Positions 29,082-37,868 of a DNA stretch of 64,000 nucleotides are shown here, piece by piece. Position numbers and translations under genes: made by a program. How positions within the stretch are numbered: the first letter of the stretch is position 1; every line of letters begins with the position of its first letter. Source of the stretch: a virus; IMG/VR virus record IMGVR_UViG_3300032240_003128; one strand, written 5' to 3'. The notes beneath the pieces were generated by a model. That model searched no databases, had not been told where the DNA came from, and saw only the letters and a list, made by a program, of their open reading frames with translations.

Positions 29082-29224
29082 CATTTAAAGATTTTTTAAA
29101 AATTGATGAGGCAAATGGTCATGGCGGTAAACGTCATAACTCATTTACTGTTTTAAGGATGAATTATCGTAATCAACAACCAGTTTCTATTAAAAAACAA
29201 ACAAAAAAACTATTTAAGATTTAA
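29078..29224 (+). CDS. 48 aa basic virion peptide candidate (absent from ORF track)
   Basis: MTFKDFLKIDE...; ATGA and TAATG overlaps with both neighbours. Confidence 0.7.
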   Translation: MTFKDFLKIDEANGHGGKRHNSFTVLRMNYRNQQPVSIKKQTKKLFKI

Positions 29225-29811
29225 TGCTACTTTTTCCAAAACAAAATTATCAAAAATTCAATTTGGGTATTATTGTTCCTCCTCGCAAGCCATATGATAT
29301 TCTTTCATTTGCTTGTTGGTTTTCTTTTTTTAAATTTTTACCAAAAGTAAAACCAATTATTATTGTGGCAGGAAACACTCCTATTGATTTTGCTATATGG
29401 GCAAGAAAACTTAATTTTCCTGTATTTTATGCTCATGAATGCTTCCATCCTAATCAACTTGTTGGTCTTGACTTATGGGATGAATCTTACGCAATTGTTA
29501 TTTCAAATATTTTTTGTATGAAAAAATTTGATTTTAATAAAAATTTTGATAGCGATTTTATGATAATGCGATCAAAATCTCCTGATAACAAAGAGTTTTT
29601 AATAGATGATATAATGGATAATAATTTTTGTCATGCTGCTTTCTGGAATATTGGAAATAATTTTGAAGAAGTTAGAGATAAGCTAATAAATAATATCGGT
29701 ATATTCTCTAGTGATAAAAGTTTAAATCAAATTAAATTTGAATCTATATGGGAAGATGCTAAACACATAAGAACTCTTTTAAATCAGGAGGTTCGCCATG
29801 AAGAGGTTTGA
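29224..29811 (+). CDS. hypothetical protein
   Basis: 195 aa coupled ORF. Confidence 0.65.
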   Translation: MLLFPKQNYQKFNLGIIVPPRKPYDILSFACWFSFFKFLPKVKPIIIVAGNTPIDFAIWARKLNFPVFYAHECFHPNQLVGLDLWDESYAIVISNIFCMKKFDFNKNFDSDFMIMRSKSPDNKEFLIDDIMDNNFCHAAFWNIGNNFEEVRDKLINNIGIFSSDKSLNQIKFESIWEDAKHIRTLLNQEVRHEEV

Positions 29812-30073
29812 TTTTGCTTATGGCGATGATGGGTTCGATGATGACGATGAAGAAAATCAAGAGGATCAGGAGAATAACTTCATCGATTCGCAAATGCTAG
29901 CCATGCAGATGGAGCAGAACATTCTTATAGAACAAGAAATTCAAGCTAAACTTTTAGAAGAAGCTTATAAAATCTGCAAAGGTTCGTGGATGTGGTCATT
30001 TATGACGATACCACAAAGAATGAAAAAAGTTAAAATTGTTTACGATGAAATAAAAAAAATTATTGCTGAATGA
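29798..30073 (+). CDS. acidic hypothetical protein
   Basis: AGGAGG SD. Confidence 0.7.
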   Translation: MKRFDFAYGDDGFDDDDEENQEDQENNFIDSQMLAMQMEQNILIEQEIQAKLLEEAYKICKGSWMWSFMTIPQRMKKVKIVYDEIKKIIAE

Positions 30074-30118
30074 TTTTTGTAGACATACTAATTTAAGTTT
30101 GGTCTAAGGGTAACAGTC

Positions 30119-30445
30119 TTGCCTACTTATAATTTCGAATGCAAAAATTGCAATAAAATCTATGAAACACTAGCATCTTTTGACGCAACAGGCAAATATG
30201 CTGGTGTTTCGTGTCCTGATTGCAATTCCAAGAAAAAGAAAAAATTGCTTAATGATGCTAATGTTAAATTTGCTCAACCAAAAGATACGAGCAAATTTGA
30301 TAATTTCAACTATCGGGCAGGATACAACTTAGAACAAGCGCAGAACTTACGCAGAGATGCACAAACTGCATCACACATGGGAACTGATCCATACATGCCT
30401 ATAGATGACATAAACAACGGAAGGCACTTTGGAGAAGTGAAATAA
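30119..30445 (+). CDS. FmdB-family zinc-ribbon protein
   Basis: MPTYNFECKNC...CPDC. Confidence 0.8.
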   Translation: MPTYNFECKNCNKIYETLASFDATGKYAGVSCPDCNSKKKKKLLNDANVKFAQPKDTSKFDNFNYRAGYNLEQAQNLRRDAQTASHMGTDPYMPIDDINNGRHFGEVK

Positions 30446-30516
30446 TTGACATTGGTTAATGAAACACTATATTCATTTTATCATGTCGTAAACGGCACAC
30501 AGAGAGGCAAATTAAT

Positions 30517-32589
30517 ATGGTTACTTTGAGCCAGTTTGTAGACAAGAATAAGCTAGAGCAATTCAACAGATTAAATGAAGTTGTTAGTTTTGAGCAATAT
30601 CTCAATCGTTGTTACACCAATCCAAAACTTGTCAGAAATTCACATCAACGAATTTATGACATGATTGTGTCGCAGGGCACATCTGAAATTGAAAAGTACC
30701 GCAAAAAGGTAATTGTTTATAATTTCTTTGAAAAACACGAACAAATCAAGGTCTTTGGAATTGAAGAACAACTTGAATCACTAGTTGCACACTATAAAGG
30801 TGCTGCTGGTGGCTACGGACCAGAAAAGCGAATCCTTCTTCTTTGCGGTCCTGTAGGATCTGCAAAGTCTACAATTGTTCGTCTTATTAAGCGAAGCATG
30901 GAAGATTATTCTCAAAATGATGCTGGTGCTTGGTTTACATATCGTTGGATCAATTTGCCAACAGGTAGCGATGGTATCTACACTTCTGACACTTGTGAAT
31001 GTCCAATGAATGAAGAGCCGCTCAAGCTTCTTCCATTCGATGTTCGCAAAAAGATTCTTTATGAACTTAACGGCATACACAAAGAACAAGCTGATGTGTC
31101 GCAACACACAACTCTTTACACTCTTGACGTTAAGGGTGAAATTAATCCTAAATGCAAGTTCTTTTATGACAAGTTGCTTGAAAAGTATAATGGTGATTGG
31201 ACTCAAGTTCTTTCCAATCACGTTGAAGTTATTCGCAAGAATTACAATGAAGCCAAGCGTGTAGGTATTGCTTCATTCCAGCCAAAGGATGAAAAAAATC
31301 AAGATAGCACTGAGTTGACAGGAGACATCAACTTTGCTTTATTGCCAACATTTGGTAGTGATTCTGACCCTCGCTGCTTCAATTTTGATGGAGAATTTGA
31401 AGTTGCCAACAGAGGTATCATTGAATTTATTGAAATGTTAAAGCTTGAAGTTGCATTCCTTTATGACCTTTTGGGTGCATCTCAGGAACAATCTATCAAG
31501 CCAAAGAAGTATTCTCAGATTTCGATTGATGAATCAATTATTGGGCATACCAATATGCCAGAATATGAGAAGCTCAAGAACAATCAGTTCATGGAAGCTC
31601 TTAAGGATAGAACTGTCAGAATTGAGATTCCTTATTTGCTTGAATGGAGCAAGGAACTCAAGGTTCTTGAACAGGATTATAATTCAGATAAAATCAAGCA
31701 GCATATTGCTCCACACACTCTTGAAATTGCAGCTTTGTTTGCTGTTCTTACCAGATTGGAAGATGACAAAGATAATAAGATCACGATTACGGAAAAGGCT
31801 GATCTTTATGATGGTAAGATGTTACCCGGATGGACTGTTGATCGTGTGAAAGAACTTCGTGAAAAGAATCCCAATGAAGGGATGATGGGTCTTTCTGCTC
31901 GTTATGTTCAAGACAAAGTTTCTTCTACCTTGTCAAGCCGACACGATTATATCAATCCATTTATGGTTCTTAATGCGCTTAAGAGTGGTCTTGATAATCA
32001 TTCTTTGATTACCAATAAAGATCTTGTTCGCAAGTATCAAAACTGCATCACTTTGTCTACCAAGAAGTTAGATGACATTCTGAAAAACGAAGTGCAAAAG
32101 GCTTTGGTTGGTGATGAAGAGGCAATTGTAAGGTTGTGTGCTAACTATATCGATAACCTTATGGCTTATATTAACAAGGCAAAGATTCTTAATAAGATTA
32201 CTGGCAGAGAAGAAACAGCTGATGAGAAATTGATGCGTTCTATTGAATCCAAGATTGATGTTCCAGAATCGACTTGTGATGACTTCCGTAGAATGATTGC
32301 AGCTTTTATTGGTGATCTTGCTGTTAAGGGTAAGATTTTCCGTTGGGACAGTAATCCTCTTCTTAAGAAAGCTTTAGAATCTAAGTTGTTTGAAGATACG
32401 AAGGATCATATTAAGTTGAGTGCATTCTCCAGTGGAGCAAGCACTGTTGATCCTGATGTGCAGAAGAAAATCGATGCTGTAAAACAGCGTTTGGTTGATA
32501 AATATGGATACAATGAACAGTCTGCAACAGATGTTCTAGACTATGTTTCAAGTATCTTTGCTAGGGGCGATCTAGCAGATAACGACTAA
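30517..32589 (+). CDS. prkA: PrkA/YeaG AAA+ serine kinase-family protein
   Basis: GPVGSAKS, CPMNEEPL, DEKNQDSTELTG, ANRG and HIAPHTLE motifs. Confidence 0.95.
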   Translation: MVTLSQFVDKNKLEQFNRLNEVVSFEQYLNRCYTNPKLVRNSHQRIYDMIVSQGTSEIEKYRKKVIVYNFFEKHEQIKVFGIEEQLESLVAHYKGAAGGYGPEKRILLLCGPVGSAKSTIVRLIKRSMEDYSQNDAGAWFTYRWINLPTGSDGIYTSDTCECPMNEEPLKLLPFDVRKKILYELNGIHKEQADVSQHTTLYTLDVKGEINPKCKFFYDKLLEKYNGDWTQVLSNHVEVIRKNYNEAKRVGIASFQPKDEKNQDSTELTGDINFALLPTFGSDSDPRCFNFDGEFEVANRGIIEFIEMLKLEVAFLYDLLGASQEQSIKPKKYSQISIDESIIGHTNMPEYEKLKNNQFMEALKDRTVRIEIPYLLEWSKELKVLEQDYNSDKIKQHIAPHTLEIAALFAVLTRLEDDKDNKITITEKADLYDGKMLPGWTVDRVKELREKNPNEGMMGLSARYVQDKVSSTLSSRHDYINPFMVLNALKSGLDNHSLITNKDLVRKYQNCITLSTKKLDDILKNEVQKALVGDEEAIVRLCANYIDNLMAYINKAKILNKITGREETADEKLMRSIESKIDVPESTCDDFRRMIAAFIGDLAVKGKIFRWDSNPLLKKALESKLFEDTKDHIKLSAFSSGASTVDPDVQKKIDAVKQRLVDKYGYNEQSATDVLDYVSSIFARGDLADND

Positions 32590-32604
32590 TATGAGGATTG
32601 AAAA

Positions 32605-33798
32605 ATGCCCCGCCGTATAGACTCTGATCATAAAGACTTCAGAGACGTAGTCAGTGGCAGGATTAGAAAGAACTTAAAAAAGTTTATTAAAAGTGGTGAA
32701 ATATTTCGCCACCGTGGTAAAAATGGCAAAGTATCAATAAAGATTCCTGCTATTGATATACCTCATTTTCTCCATGGTAGGAATCCCAATGGAGCAGGGC
32801 GTGGAGAAGGTGAACAAGGCGATACAATTGGCAAGGATAAAGGTCAAGGCAAAGGTCAGGGCAATGGTGCTGGTCAGGATGAAAGCGAAGGCATCATTGT
32901 CCAACTAGACATGGAAGACATTCTTCATTTTATGAAGGATGAATTGATGCTTCCTGATCTTAAGCCTAAGCAACAAGCCAATCTCGAAGATGTAAAAATC
33001 AAATACAATAATATTTCTTTAGTTGGTCCAGAATCTCTTAGACATACTCGTCGCACAATGTTGACCGCAATGAAGCGTCTCTGTGGGACAGGTGAAATTA
33101 ATAATTTGTATGAAATTCCCGGAATTAAAGACAAAGTTAAAATGATCAATCCGATTAATTCGGACAAGAGATATCGTCAATACAAAGAAATTAGTTTTCC
33201 ATCTAGCAATGCTGTTGTTATTTTTGCCAGAGATGCAAGTGGATCAATGGATGATCGAAAAGTAAATGTTGTTTCCGACATGGCTTATTGGATTGATGTT
33301 TACATTAGAAACTTTTATGAAAGAGTCGAAAGGCTTTATGTGTGGCATGATGTTCAAGCACACGAAGTAGATGCCAAAGATTTTTACAGAATTAGAAATG
33401 GTGGAGGAACTACTTGCTCCACAGCGTTAGAATTGGTTGCCAAACAATTTGAAAATAGATTTCCACCAAACAATTGGAATATTTATTTCTTTTATTTTAC
33501 CGATGGTGAAAACTACGACAATGACAATGAAGTTTTTACAGCATTGTTGAAGAAAGAATTTCCACAAAGCGTTGTCAACCTTGTCGCTATAACTCAAATC
33601 GGTGCTTATTCTTACAAGAATAGTGTTGCAGAAGCTGTTGAAAAAGCAATAGTCGAAGGTGATTTGGAAGATAACGTAGTTGTTGCAGAAATTCCATTTG
33701 ATGTTATCAATAGTGAAGAGAAGAGAGACGAAGCTATTTTGAAAGCTATTAAGGATATTCTGGGTACTCCTTTCCAAAGTGCTAATCAGGTGTTTTAA
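32605..33798 (+). CDS. yeaH: YeaH/YhbH (DUF444) vWA-like protein
   Basis: IDIPHF, Gly-rich linker, DASGSM, GGGT and TDGEN motifs. Confidence 0.9.
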   Translation: MPRRIDSDHKDFRDVVSGRIRKNLKKFIKSGEIFRHRGKNGKVSIKIPAIDIPHFLHGRNPNGAGRGEGEQGDTIGKDKGQGKGQGNGAGQDESEGIIVQLDMEDILHFMKDELMLPDLKPKQQANLEDVKIKYNNISLVGPESLRHTRRTMLTAMKRLCGTGEINNLYEIPGIKDKVKMINPINSDKRYRQYKEISFPSSNAVVIFARDASGSMDDRKVNVVSDMAYWIDVYIRNFYERVERLYVWHDVQAHEVDAKDFYRIRNGGGTTCSTALELVAKQFENRFPPNNWNIYFFYFTDGENYDNDNEVFTALLKKEFPQSVVNLVAITQIGAYSYKNSVAEAVEKAIVEGDLEDNVVVAEIPFDVINSEEKRDEAILKAIKDILGTPFQSANQVF

Positions 33799-33800
33799 TT

Positions 33801-35396
33801 ATGTCAGATAAATTTCTATTTGGTTCGCCTGTTCTCTTTGGATCAGCAACCACTCCGGGTGTGCCTATTCCAGAAGAATTGCAAAAACACATTCCTACTA
33901 TTTTTCAAGCGTGTAAAGATTTTGGTTTAGATTTTTATCCTACAATTGTTCAAATGCTTTCTCATGACGAGATGTCTGAAGTTGCATCTTACGGTGGTTT
34001 TGCAGTAAGATTTCCTCACTGGAAATTTGGCGCAGAATACGAAGAAATGCAAAGAGGATATCTGTACGGCAATCATAGAATATATGAAATGGTGATTAAT
34101 TCTTCACCATGCTACTTATATTGCTTAAATTCAAATACTTTGCTTGACAATATCACAGTTATTGCTCATGCTCTTGGGCATTGTCACTTTTTCAAAAATA
34201 ACATTCATTTTTCTAGAACTAATACAAATGCTCACAATGAGCTTGCCAACAATGGATCAAATGTAAGAAAGTATATGTCTCGATATGGAAGAGAAACTGT
34301 TACTGAATTCATGGATCATTTGTTCAGAATAGAGACTCTTGTTGATCCAATGAATATCTGGAAAGAAAGAAAAGCAAAAGACGTTGTCATCACTGATAAT
34401 AAAGATTATGTGTTTCCACGAAGAATTAAAACAAAAAATGATTACATGGAAGATTGGATTAATACTAAATCTTTTATAAAAGCTCAAAACAAAAAGATTG
34501 AAGAACGTGAGATTATGCAAGATCTCAATCTTCTTATTACTCCAGAGTCTGACATATTTGGTTATATTAAGGAAAATGCACCGTTCAAACCTTGGCAACG
34601 AGATATTGCAGAGATTCTTTACAACGAAGCAATTTATTTTAGCCCACAAGGCAAGACAAAAGCATTGAATGAAGGTCTTGCAAGTTATTGTGATTATCAC
34701 ATCATTGCAAAGCAAGGTTATTGCAGCCTTGGTCAAGATACAGAAGATGCTGGAATCGTAGAATATTCAATCCACAAGGCTGGAGTTCTTGGCGGCAAGT
34801 ATAGTATGAATCCATACAAACTTGGATTTACCCTTCTTATGGATATTGAGGAAAGATGGGACAAGGGTAGATTTGGCACAGATTATGAAAATTGTACAGA
34901 TCCTATTGAAAAAGAAAACTGGGATCTAAAGATTGGACTGGGTAAGCAAAAAGTTTTTGAAGTATGCAAAAACTATGATGATTATCAATTCATCAATGAG
35001 TTCTTCACTAAAGATTTCTGTGAAAAGAATGAATTCTTTGAGTACAAGCGTTATCCAACAGGTGAAGTTAAGATCGAAAGCAGAGATTACAAAAAGATTA
35101 AAAAGGAATTGTTGCGCAAGTACATTAACCGTGGTTTGCCTAATATCAAACTTATTGAACCAAGGTTTAAAGGAAATATGTTTTTGATGGAACATAAGTG
35201 GGAAGGCATAGAACTTTATAAGGCTTATGCATATGAAGTCATGAAGTCCATATGTTTTCTTATGAGACAACCAGTTGTATTACAAACAAAAAACCATAAT
35301 GGCGATGAAGTTTTTTATTATTGCCAAGATATGAATGGTGATTATAGTGCTGCTGATCCCAAAACAATTACACGGGAGCAACTAAACAAGTTATGA
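33801..35396 (+). CDS. spoVR: SpoVR/YcgB-family protein
   Basis: RFPHWKFG, IYEMVIN, AHALGH..FFKNN, NEGLASY and NPYKLG motifs. Confidence 0.93.
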   Translation: MSDKFLFGSPVLFGSATTPGVPIPEELQKHIPTIFQACKDFGLDFYPTIVQMLSHDEMSEVASYGGFAVRFPHWKFGAEYEEMQRGYLYGNHRIYEMVINSSPCYLYCLNSNTLLDNITVIAHALGHCHFFKNNIHFSRTNTNAHNELANNGSNVRKYMSRYGRETVTEFMDHLFRIETLVDPMNIWKERKAKDVVITDNKDYVFPRRIKTKNDYMEDWINTKSFIKAQNKKIEEREIMQDLNLLITPESDIFGYIKENAPFKPWQRDIAEILYNEAIYFSPQGKTKALNEGLASYCDYHIIAKQGYCSLGQDTEDAGIVEYSIHKAGVLGGKYSMNPYKLGFTLLMDIEERWDKGRFGTDYENCTDPIEKENWDLKIGLGKQKVFEVCKNYDDYQFINEFFTKDFCEKNEFFEYKRYPTGEVKIESRDYKKIKKELLRKYINRGLPNIKLIEPRFKGNMFLMEHKWEGIELYKAYAYEVMKSICFLMRQPVVLQTKNHNGDEVFYYCQDMNGDYSAADPKTITREQLNKL

Positions 35397-36139
35397 GTCA
35401 TCCTACTTTTAGGTTTCTTTTTCAAAATGCTCCCGGCTTGCCTTTTACCAAATGGTGCAAACAATTTGATGAAAGCTTAAAAGATAGAAATGCAAAAACA
35501 TTTGTATTTGCTGACAAATCAATAGCTAATTCTTGTTTCGTTAAAAGCGTACTTAGTCATAAAATATTTCTTAATATTTTCTGTTCAGAAAACATATTTG
35601 AAGAATTGCCACTAATACAAGAAAACATAAAAAAACATTGTGAATCAATGCTACTGAAAGGTATGTTTTCTGAATGCAAACTTGATTTTAATTCTTTAAA
35701 ATATGAAAATTTGGTTTTGAGAGATTATAATCAAATTAACATAAGCGATATGTTCGGTGAAGAATGGCAATTTTACTATTTAAACAAAGCTAAACTTTTT
35801 TACAAGTTAAGTGAATATTATGCAAATTTACCTTTTAGTTATATATGGTCTTTTTTCTTTTCAGAAAGCAATACTGAGGCACTTGTAGCAGACGAATATG
35901 TTAAAAAAAATGTACATATTTTTAGTCGTCATATGAAACTAGTAGATAAGCCAGAGGATAATAAGAAATATAAAATAATATATTTGGACACGATGAACAA
36001 GAAAGTAAATATTAATGTTTTCATGGAAAAACTTGAACAAAATGGTTTGTTGTTGTTAAAAAATCTTGATGCTGATGGACCTAATATGGTAGGATGGCGT
36101 GATCTCCGAAATAGAATGCTTGGAATAATAAGGATTTAA
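35393..36139 (+). CDS. hypothetical protein
   Basis: 248 aa ORF coupled by ATGA overlap. Confidence 0.65.
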   Translation: MSHPTFRFLFQNAPGLPFTKWCKQFDESLKDRNAKTFVFADKSIANSCFVKSVLSHKIFLNIFCSENIFEELPLIQENIKKHCESMLLKGMFSECKLDFNSLKYENLVLRDYNQINISDMFGEEWQFYYLNKAKLFYKLSEYYANLPFSYIWSFFFSESNTEALVADEYVKKNVHIFSRHMKLVDKPEDNKKYKIIYLDTMNKKVNINVFMEKLEQNGLLLLKNLDADGPNMVGWRDLRNRMLGIIRI

Positions 36140-36140
36140 T

Positions 36141-36257
36141 ATGATTAGGCAGGCTTTTGAGTATATTTTATTTTTAATAATGACTGCAATTGTCATTACA
36201 ATAATTGCGTATTTCACTCAACAGCAAAACAGAGATGGTGATGATTATTATGAATGA
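36141..36257 (+). CDS. 38 aa single-TM peptide (absent from ORF track)
   Basis: AAGGA SD; hydrophobic core YILFLIMTAIVITIIAYF. Confidence 0.5.
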   Translation: MIRQAFEYILFLIMTAIVITIIAYFTQQQNRDGDDYYE

Positions 36258-36474
36258 CACTCAACACATTTCTATTTTGATTAAACAAAGTCCCATCGAA
36301 ATGTTTAATCAAATAAATCAACTTAAAAAAATGAATGAAGAACTTCAATGTATTGATTCTTTGCAGCAAATGACAATTGAGCGGCTGAATAAAGAAATTA
36401 ATCTTCTTCGTGAGTCTTTGTATTTATTGGAACAACAACACAAATTAATGCTTGTCCAAAACACCTCCATGTGA
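36250..36474 (+). CDS. coiled-coil hypothetical protein
   Basis: start re-called at ATG 36250. Confidence 0.5.
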   Translation: MNDTQHISILIKQSPIEMFNQINQLKKMNEELQCIDSLQQMTIERLNKEINLLRESLYLLEQQHKLMLVQNTSM

Positions 36475-36494
36475 TAAAATATGGAGGTGTTTTG
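36452..36494 (+). promoter_or_regulatory. sigma70 promoter embedded in a perfect 14 bp inverted repeat
   Basis: TTGTCC-17-TAAAAT with extended TG; arms 36457-36470 and 36481-36494. Confidence 0.65.
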
Positions 36495-36518
36495 TAACTA
36501 GAAAACAGAGCTATTCTT

Positions 36519-37853
36519 ATGAAGACAGTTGGTTTTGAACATCTTCATTGTCACAGCGAATACTCTGTCCTTGATGGGCTAGCATCAATTGATGAGTTAA
36601 TTTCACGTTGGTCACCACATGGCGATTATCTTTGCGTGACAGACCATGGATTGATGGGTGCTATCCCCAGTCTAATCACAAAGACAGAACAAGCTGAAAA
36701 GAAATTACAGCCTATTTTTGGCTGCGAGCTTTATGTGAACTCTATTCACAATGAGCCAACAGAAACAGAAGATGCTAGAGATAAATTTATAAAAAATTTA
36801 TCTCCACAAGAATTTGAAAATTTCAAAGTATCCAGTCACATCTTGGCAATTGCGGTTACGAATAAAGGTTATGAAAACCTAACCAAGCTTTGCAGCCTTG
36901 GCTGGAGTCAAGGGTTTTATCGCAAGCCTAGAGTAAATCACAAAACTCTTCAACAATACAAAGAAGGAATTGTGTTTACTTCTTGTTGCTGCGCTTCTGA
37001 AGCTGCCAGAGCTTTGCGTGTGCATGGAAAAGAAATAGCAGAATCTACTGTCCTGAAATATAAAGATATGTTTGGTGATAATTTTTACCTTGAAATGATG
37101 CTTTTAGATTTTGAGTATCAAAGAGAATATGATCAGTTTTTAGTTGAAATGCATATTAAACATCAGATTCCAATGATTATTACTAATGATGTGCATTATG
37201 CATATCAAGAAGACAGCAAATATCAAACTTTGATGATGTTGGTAAACACTAAAAGAACATTAGCTGAAATTGAAAAGTTGAAAGCTGAAAATGCTGATGT
37301 GTTTGAATTGCAAGATAGAAATTTATGGATGAAAACAGAAGAAGAATTGAATCAGAAATGGGCTGAGAAATATTCTGATGTGATTCCTTTGGAGATTTAC
37401 GAACAAGCCAAGATGAATACTGTTAAGATATGTAAGATGGCATCTGGTGTTAAGTTAGACAGAAGTGTTAAATTACCTAGATTGAATGATGATGAAGGCT
37501 CTTTAAAGGATTTGGTATTGAAAGGTATGTTTTACAGAGGAATATCCAAATCAAATCGTATTTACACAAAACGTGTTGCAGAAGAATTGGATCTTATTTT
37601 TAGGAAACAATTTGCTAGTTACTTTTTAATAGTCAAGAGTTTTACCGATGAAGCTAGAAGAAAATGCCAAGAGATTACAGGCTTGGATGGTGTCTATGCG
37701 GTTGGACCCGGTCGAGGTTCTGGTGCTGGTTCTCTCGTCTTATATTTACTTGGTGTTACTGACGTAGATCCTATCAAGCACGATCTTCTGTTCTCACGAT
37801 TCCTGTCAGAGAACAGAGGTAGTCAAGCTGTGCTGAAGTTTAGTCAATCTTGA
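36519..37853 (+). CDS. dnaE: DNA polymerase III alpha, N-terminal part (PHP domain plus first part of palm)
   Basis: HLHCHSEYSVLDG, TDHG, GCE, NDVHY; GPGRGSGAGSLV, DPIKHDLLFSRFL; stops before PDxDxD. Confidence 0.92.
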   Translation: MKTVGFEHLHCHSEYSVLDGLASIDELISRWSPHGDYLCVTDHGLMGAIPSLITKTEQAEKKLQPIFGCELYVNSIHNEPTETEDARDKFIKNLSPQEFENFKVSSHILAIAVTNKGYENLTKLCSLGWSQGFYRKPRVNHKTLQQYKEGIVFTSCCCASEAARALRVHGKEIAESTVLKYKDMFGDNFYLEMMLLDFEYQREYDQFLVEMHIKHQIPMIITNDVHYAYQEDSKYQTLMMLVNTKRTLAEIEKLKAENADVFELQDRNLWMKTEEELNQKWAEKYSDVIPLEIYEQAKMNTVKICKMASGVKLDRSVKLPRLNDDEGSLKDLVLKGMFYRGISKSNRIYTKRVAEELDLIFRKQFASYFLIVKSFTDEARRKCQEITGLDGVYAVGPGRGSGAGSLVLYLLGVTDVDPIKHDLLFSRFLSENRGSQAVLKFSQS

Positions 37854-37868
37854 TTGAAGTTTATATTA

